Source of the DNA: Chrysomallon squamiferum
Lineage: Eukaryota; Animalia; Mollusca
Reading direction: 5' to 3'
NCBI GenBank assembly: GCA_012295275.1
Contig: CM022679.1
Span: 17,608,001-17,672,000 of the forward strand
Length of the DNA: 64,000 nucleotides
Shown: positions 58,601-64,000 of the stretch, in pieces
Layout: each line of letters starts with the position of its first letter
Numbering within the stretch: the stretch's first letter is position 1
Position numbers and translations under genes: made by a program
The notes under the pieces: model-generated
Database searches by the model: none
Told to the model about the DNA's origin: nothing
What the model saw: only the letters and a program-made list of their open reading frames with translations

Positions 58601-61600
58601 ATGTTGAATATATTTCTACTAGTGGTAGGTAGCGTTAAAAAACGCTGCAGTGTTCTGGTTAAGTGAAGAAACTGACAAACCTTTCTTATTTGCTGCCTCA
58701 GTTCTCAACATCTGAACTGCACTGACATACTTCCTCAGCTGATGTTTCAAGAGTTCATTTTCTCTATATAAACAATAACAATTAAACAAATTAACAGTTG
58801 GCTGAAATTGATTTTGTTTGGTAATTCCAAATTAACACATTCATCATTAAAACCAAGTCCATAAGGAATAAATTGAATTATTATATTTATTTTTATTTTA
58901 GATTAACTTTTAATGTCTTTTTAAATTATGTAAATTCACTTGTAAAAGCTGAATTATAATAAAAATATGTATTAAGCAGTTTTTTGTTAACAGCAGACAT
59001 ACAGTGTGAATATTTTCATACGAACGCTGTGAAATCAATAACCTACTTTTGCAGTGTTTGAATTTTAGCAATTTCTATCTCTTGTCTGGCTTGGTGAGCA
59101 ACTTTCATGTCTTCAATCTCTGCTCTTAAAGTTGAAGATGCTTCCATCTCATGTTCCAGCATTCCTTTCAGTGTCCTGTAAAACAAGTAGAACGTATAAC
59201 CTTGCAAAATTATTGATCTTTCTTGAAATATTGTTATCTTTCTGTCTATGAAATTAGATCACAAAATAAGCTAATATACAAATCTTTATGTATCTTCAGT
59301 ATGTGACTAATTTATTTTAATAATTATTAAGGGCTGACAACTATTATTTAAAACAAAAATTATCACTAGAAAGCATGCAAATGCAACTGTTCCTACTACT
59401 GCAGATTCAGTGTAACAATTAACATGTACTGAAATAATGCAGTTGGGCTCTATCAGTAATACTTACTTATTCTGTTCTTCCACTTCATCTTTTCTTAACA
59501 TCATAGCAACAACTGCCTGCTTCAAATCATCTATACACATTACATTCAAAATATTACAGATGTATAGAATAAGGATCAATAGTATTATCAAAAATGTCTA
59601 CAAAAGTAACCATGACCATTACATTTTAAAATAATTTTACTATTTCATTGCTTTAGTTGTTCTTATTAAGTATAAATAGTAAGTGTTTAACTGATGTATT
59701 ATTTTAATATTCTGTTGGATTTTTTTTTTTTTTTTTTTAATTAGCATAAAATGCAGTTTTTAAATAAAATTAACATTTTCTGAACACGTAATCATTATTT
59801 CAATATATTTTTAGATACAGGTGGAACCTTAGGTTGTAAAAGTGTTCAGGAGTGTTCAGGATATTTAATATTTTGGAGTATACATTTACATAGTACTTAA
59901 CGTTTCTGGTTTTTTAAATTTTCAGAATATATAATTGCTACAGCAACTTATATCAGTATGAAAAAGTACAGGAGCAATTTTCTCCTAATTCAAAGAGATC
60001 TGTGAGTAAAATGCAATTTCAAAACCACAAAGAAGAGTATGTGTAGGTTTAGTGTTCATAAAAGCAAAGAAATGATCAAATTTAAGGCTTAGGGAAAGCA
60101 AAACATAGATTCTTTAGCTATTTGATTAAAATAGAATACTGAGGAATAATTTTGAAAACTAACTACTTGTAAACCAAAAGTTTTACAAAATGATTTGAAA
60201 TAAACATTTTATAAACACACATTATTTTACTATTTTAAATTTTCACCAAAACAAAACCCAGCTGCCCTTTTAACAGAAAACATTTACTAAAGCTGTCAAA
60301 TGTGACTCAAATTTATTTTTATTTTGAACAAGTTTGTAAAATCAGAAAGCTCACATTGACATATAGGAGTGTGCTCAGGACTTGGGGGTGGGAGGCTGTC
60401 TAGGGTAAACATACACTGAGTCTCGCCAGCAAGTTTAGGATCATGAATTTCTTCCACACTTCCACCATCACCGTCTGTACGAGGACTGCAGGTGAAAATA
60501 ATCGACATACTTTTTCAAATATTCTCAGTGTGTTAAAATAATTAATATTTAATCTATTTCTAATTTTACTTTAACAGTGTTTTATCATTTAATCAAATAT
60601 TAATAATAATAATGGCATTTGATTTACATTAAAATTTCCATCTTTATTTTCATTTTAATCAATAATTACATCTGTTATGGGTTTTAAAAGAAAAAGTTAC
60701 ATTCAGTAATCATTTCATGTATTAAACATATATATTATTTTCTATGTAAAAAAGACAGCAAGCATTACCTGCATTACAAACAAAAAAAACAAAAACAAAA
60801 AAGAAAGAAAAAAAAGAAACTTTAAATCTTTTTATTACATTATCAGTTAAATGCCAATAAGACAAATTGTATTCTATAAACTGCAATTAAGTTATAAAAT
60901 AAGAAGAAGTTAACCTTTCACTAAGACCTTTCTGGGCAAGAGCTAAAGCTAAAACAGCTGACTCCACCTCCTGTCCAGTGTAATTAGAGATACTGCTTGA
61001 ACCATCTGAAAAACAGAGGAATAAATAGCAATAAATGATGTTTAATAGCAACTAAACATAAAATGTCTTGTTATTAGGTAGATAGTTCAACTGTTATTTG
61101 TGTGAATAGACTCAACAAAATTAACTGACATTTTTCTTAGAAAATTTTAAATGTTAAGAGTTCTTTTTTGTGTTCTTTCTTAATTATAAAGGAATCACAT
61201 CTTCTGCAGTTGAAAAACTATTTCATAGAATGTTTAACATAATCTTTATTAAGGTTCAATCGTAGATCAATTTAAAAAAATAAAATAAAGCTACAATCTG
61301 TCAAAAGGGTTTATTTTAATAGGAAATTTTCAATTCTGTTTTGTAAGTTTATCTATCTCTGAAGTTATTTTTCTAAAATTACATACCAAACATAGCTATA
61401 ACATATTCAAAAGCAAATTTCAGAGCAAATTTAGTATTTTATTTCTATTTTATTCTTCTAGATCACCAGTCTAAAATGGTTTTATATTATGGGTAAATAC
61501 CAATAACAGAAATAAATAAGGTCTGAACTTACAAAGTCATTTTTGCATTACAAGCAATGTTATAACATATGTTTTAAATGTATAAAAATATGAAAAAAAA

Positions 61601-61757
61601 CATCAGAATAAATTTAGAACTGCTATTTATAATACCCGATTTTGTTTTTGCTGAAGTGTTAGCAATGATGTCTGATTCAAAAGGAAGGCCTGATGGATTC
61701 AAAGGTGTCAGAGTTACTCTACTGTCACTGAAAAAAATGACTAGTGTAATTTTTATT

Positions 61758-61807
<50 letters not shown>

Positions 61808-63742
61808 TCAATAAAACAATAAATAAACAAACAAATAAATAAAGTATAACACAAAAAAAGAAATAACAGACTCAGTAGAACACCATTTGAATACTAATTA
61901 AAAAATCTAACGTTATCTACATTTCCATTCTGATTTTTCATTTCTAAATTCCATTTTTCTAAAAATATTTATGATTTGACAAAATAATTATAGTTTTAAA
62001 AAAGACATTGTTATTGAATGGAATATGTGCTATTTAAAGTTAATTAGCCTAACAAATATTCATTTTCATGAAAATAGTCAATTCAACATGATTGTTTTAA
62101 ATAAAAATTTTAACATTTTGTTTTTTTGATTATTACTTTAATAATTAATTTATTTCACATGAAACATTTTTATCTAAAAGTTAATAGTATTTTGTATCAT
62201 ACCCGAGATCATCAACATCAGCTGAACTGAAAGACCCATGACTGGATCGGGAGCAGAGATCAGATGAAGCTACTGAAACTGAACTGACAGTACTTGATAC
62301 TCGGTCTAATGAGGCATGTTTTGTTGAAGTGTTAACATTAACAGATTCATAATTTTCTTCATCTGTGCCAGTCTTAAACACATCTTCACTGCCAGCTGAC
62401 ATGTTAGATATGCTATCTTTGTCATGTTTAGTTTCAGCACTTTGTCTGGCATCATCATCATCAAAACTCACAATGTGGGCTACCTTTTTCTTCTTCTTCT
62501 TTTCTTTTTTCTTCCCAGTTTCCACTTCATCTGAAACATGAATTTAGAAAAAAAATAAGATTTCCAGCAACTAACTCTGGGATAAAATTTATCTGATCAT
62601 ACATCCAAAGTCATAGTCTTGTATAAATTATATAAAAATACTTGTTTAAGTTGTGTATCAGTTATAAAATTTCAGATTTCTACCCTTTATTCACAAGTTT
62701 CAGAATTCTCTAAATGTAACATTTATGCTATATGAATTACATCATCAATCATCTTTCTTAAGCACTGACATATATCATAAATGCAATATATAACATTGAC
62801 TATGACACATACTGCCACAGAGTGTGTAGATGCAGACATATACAAACCACTTGGCCAGGTGTCAGCTGCTATCACAGGACTTGGCTCATCTTCAGTATTG
62901 GAAATTAAATGAGGTGAAGACTGGCTGATGTGTATACTGTGCATAACTGGACTCTTGTTAAATTCCTGTCGGTCAATGTTGATAGCAAAGAGAATGGATC
63001 CAAGACCTGCAATGGAAAACATATCATTAACAGCAGAATGTCTGATGGAAAAAGTTTGTCTTTGGTAATAAATAAAAATAATTATTTTGTTATCATAATA
63101 ATATGCTAATATAAATATATTATGTCGACAAACAACATTTGAATTTTTTCGTTTACCATGAATTTTAGATAAACAAATCTTCTTTACAGCAAGAATAAAA
63201 TTAGAAATTATTCCTACTGAAATATATCTTACCAGCAGCCATCATTGGAAGCATGCTGCTTCTTTCTTGGTCTCGAAGAAATGCCCAGTCTTCATAATTC
63301 TGCCTGAAACACAATGAATGTATAAAAGAATGATTATTTTTTAAACAGATCTCAGTACATTTCACTGACAAGTGTTATTTGGTGTCAAACATTTGCTATT
63401 TTTGGTTTTAAGATCAAAGCTTTTCTCCACTCCACAAGCTACTCCTTTTGAGCAGCAACAAAGAACTCTGTATTATCTCAAAAATATTTATTCTATAAAT
63501 CACTAAGATAAAAGTTGTGTATCAGATGAGTCAACTGATACTTTATGTAATAACACACTATAAATACCTGAGAATGTCCTCACTGTCAATCAACATGTGC
63601 ATGTAACGTTCCAGTGAATGTTCATTGAAAGCTGCTCTCAGCCAGGCTCGACCTCGGCCCATGTCTGTGTTTACAAGCTTCAGATTGTGAAATCTTTGTA
63701 CATCATGGTGAGTCAGATGTTCCTTTACACAGTGCCAGAACA
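55613..63742 (-). CDS. SNX29: Sorting nexin 29 (RUN + coiled-coil + PX), 5'-partial
   Basis: Exons: 63742-63568, 63303-63233, 63006-62848, 62530-62203, 61727-61636, 61005-60915, 60485-60415 (or 60355), 59530-59467, 59175-59047, 58763-58681, 58362-58253, 58011-57895, 57317-57265, 56794-56710, 56508-56368, 56165-56026, 55745-55613. RUN: GRGRAWLRAAFNEHSLERY, SMLPMMAAGLGSILFAINID. Coiled coil: ENELLKHQLRKYVSAVQML, YEKKLIQVAEMHGELMEFNE. PX: INIWIPSAF, EWNIYRRYSQF, FPPKK. Upstream exons lie outside the window. Confidence 0.94.
61759..61807. repeat. (AAT)n microsatellite in an SNX29 intron
   Basis: Directly visible. Confidence 0.95.
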
Positions 63743-64000
63743 CTAAAATAAATAAATAAATAAATATAAACTGAACACAACAGATAATATCTACTAAACA
63801 TCATGATAACCCATTTGTTAATTTAAAAAAATATATGAATAATAATAACAGCAGAAAAATTCAAATGTCAGACTAGAATACAAATAGTGGATAATGTAAG
63901 AGACAGTAAAAATATTGGCAACTGATAAAATATTTTAAAACTTCACTCAATAATTGAAGCCCTGGGAATAGTCTACACACATCACCATAAATTTTATATG

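Noticed and set aside
59531-59580. Possible U12 (AT-AC) acceptor extending an SNX29 exon (tccttatt...ac; NVMCIDDLKQ)
   Set aside because: The branch site is a poor match and there is no RTATCCTT donor upstream; a canonical AG at 59531 gives an in-frame join.

Overview
AT-rich, microsatellite-rich animal (invertebrate, probably lophotrochozoan/mollusc-like; species not determinable) genomic DNA with spliceosomal GT-AG introns. Most ORF-track entries are exon read-throughs or noise. I spliced six genes by hand: (1) a 3'-truncated, highly divergent DHFR-like gene (-, 65-2535) that the ORF track misses; (2,3) two complete 13-exon GABA-transaminase (ABAT) paralogues in tandem (+, 7490-15508 and 20367-35903); (4) GTPBP1 (-); (5) a Josephin deubiquitinase head-to-head with GTPBP1 (+); (6) the 3' part of SNX29 (-). 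Several DNA transposon derivatives have readable TIRs/TSDs (hAT, pogo/Tigger); an Academ-like relic and an RNase H LINE fragment are also present. The most interesting signal is the DHFR-like protein: it keeps the NADPH and pterin-ring catalytic residues but has replaced essentially all residues that bind the pABA-glutamate tail of folate. It lies divergently next to the more derived ABAT copy, and both sit in a CpG-retaining domain that ends abruptly near 28.7 kb. This is a candidate neofunctionalised reductase/aminotransferase pair (hypothesis only). Residue comparisons use human DHFR and pig ABAT sequences recalled from memory and should be confirmed by alignment.
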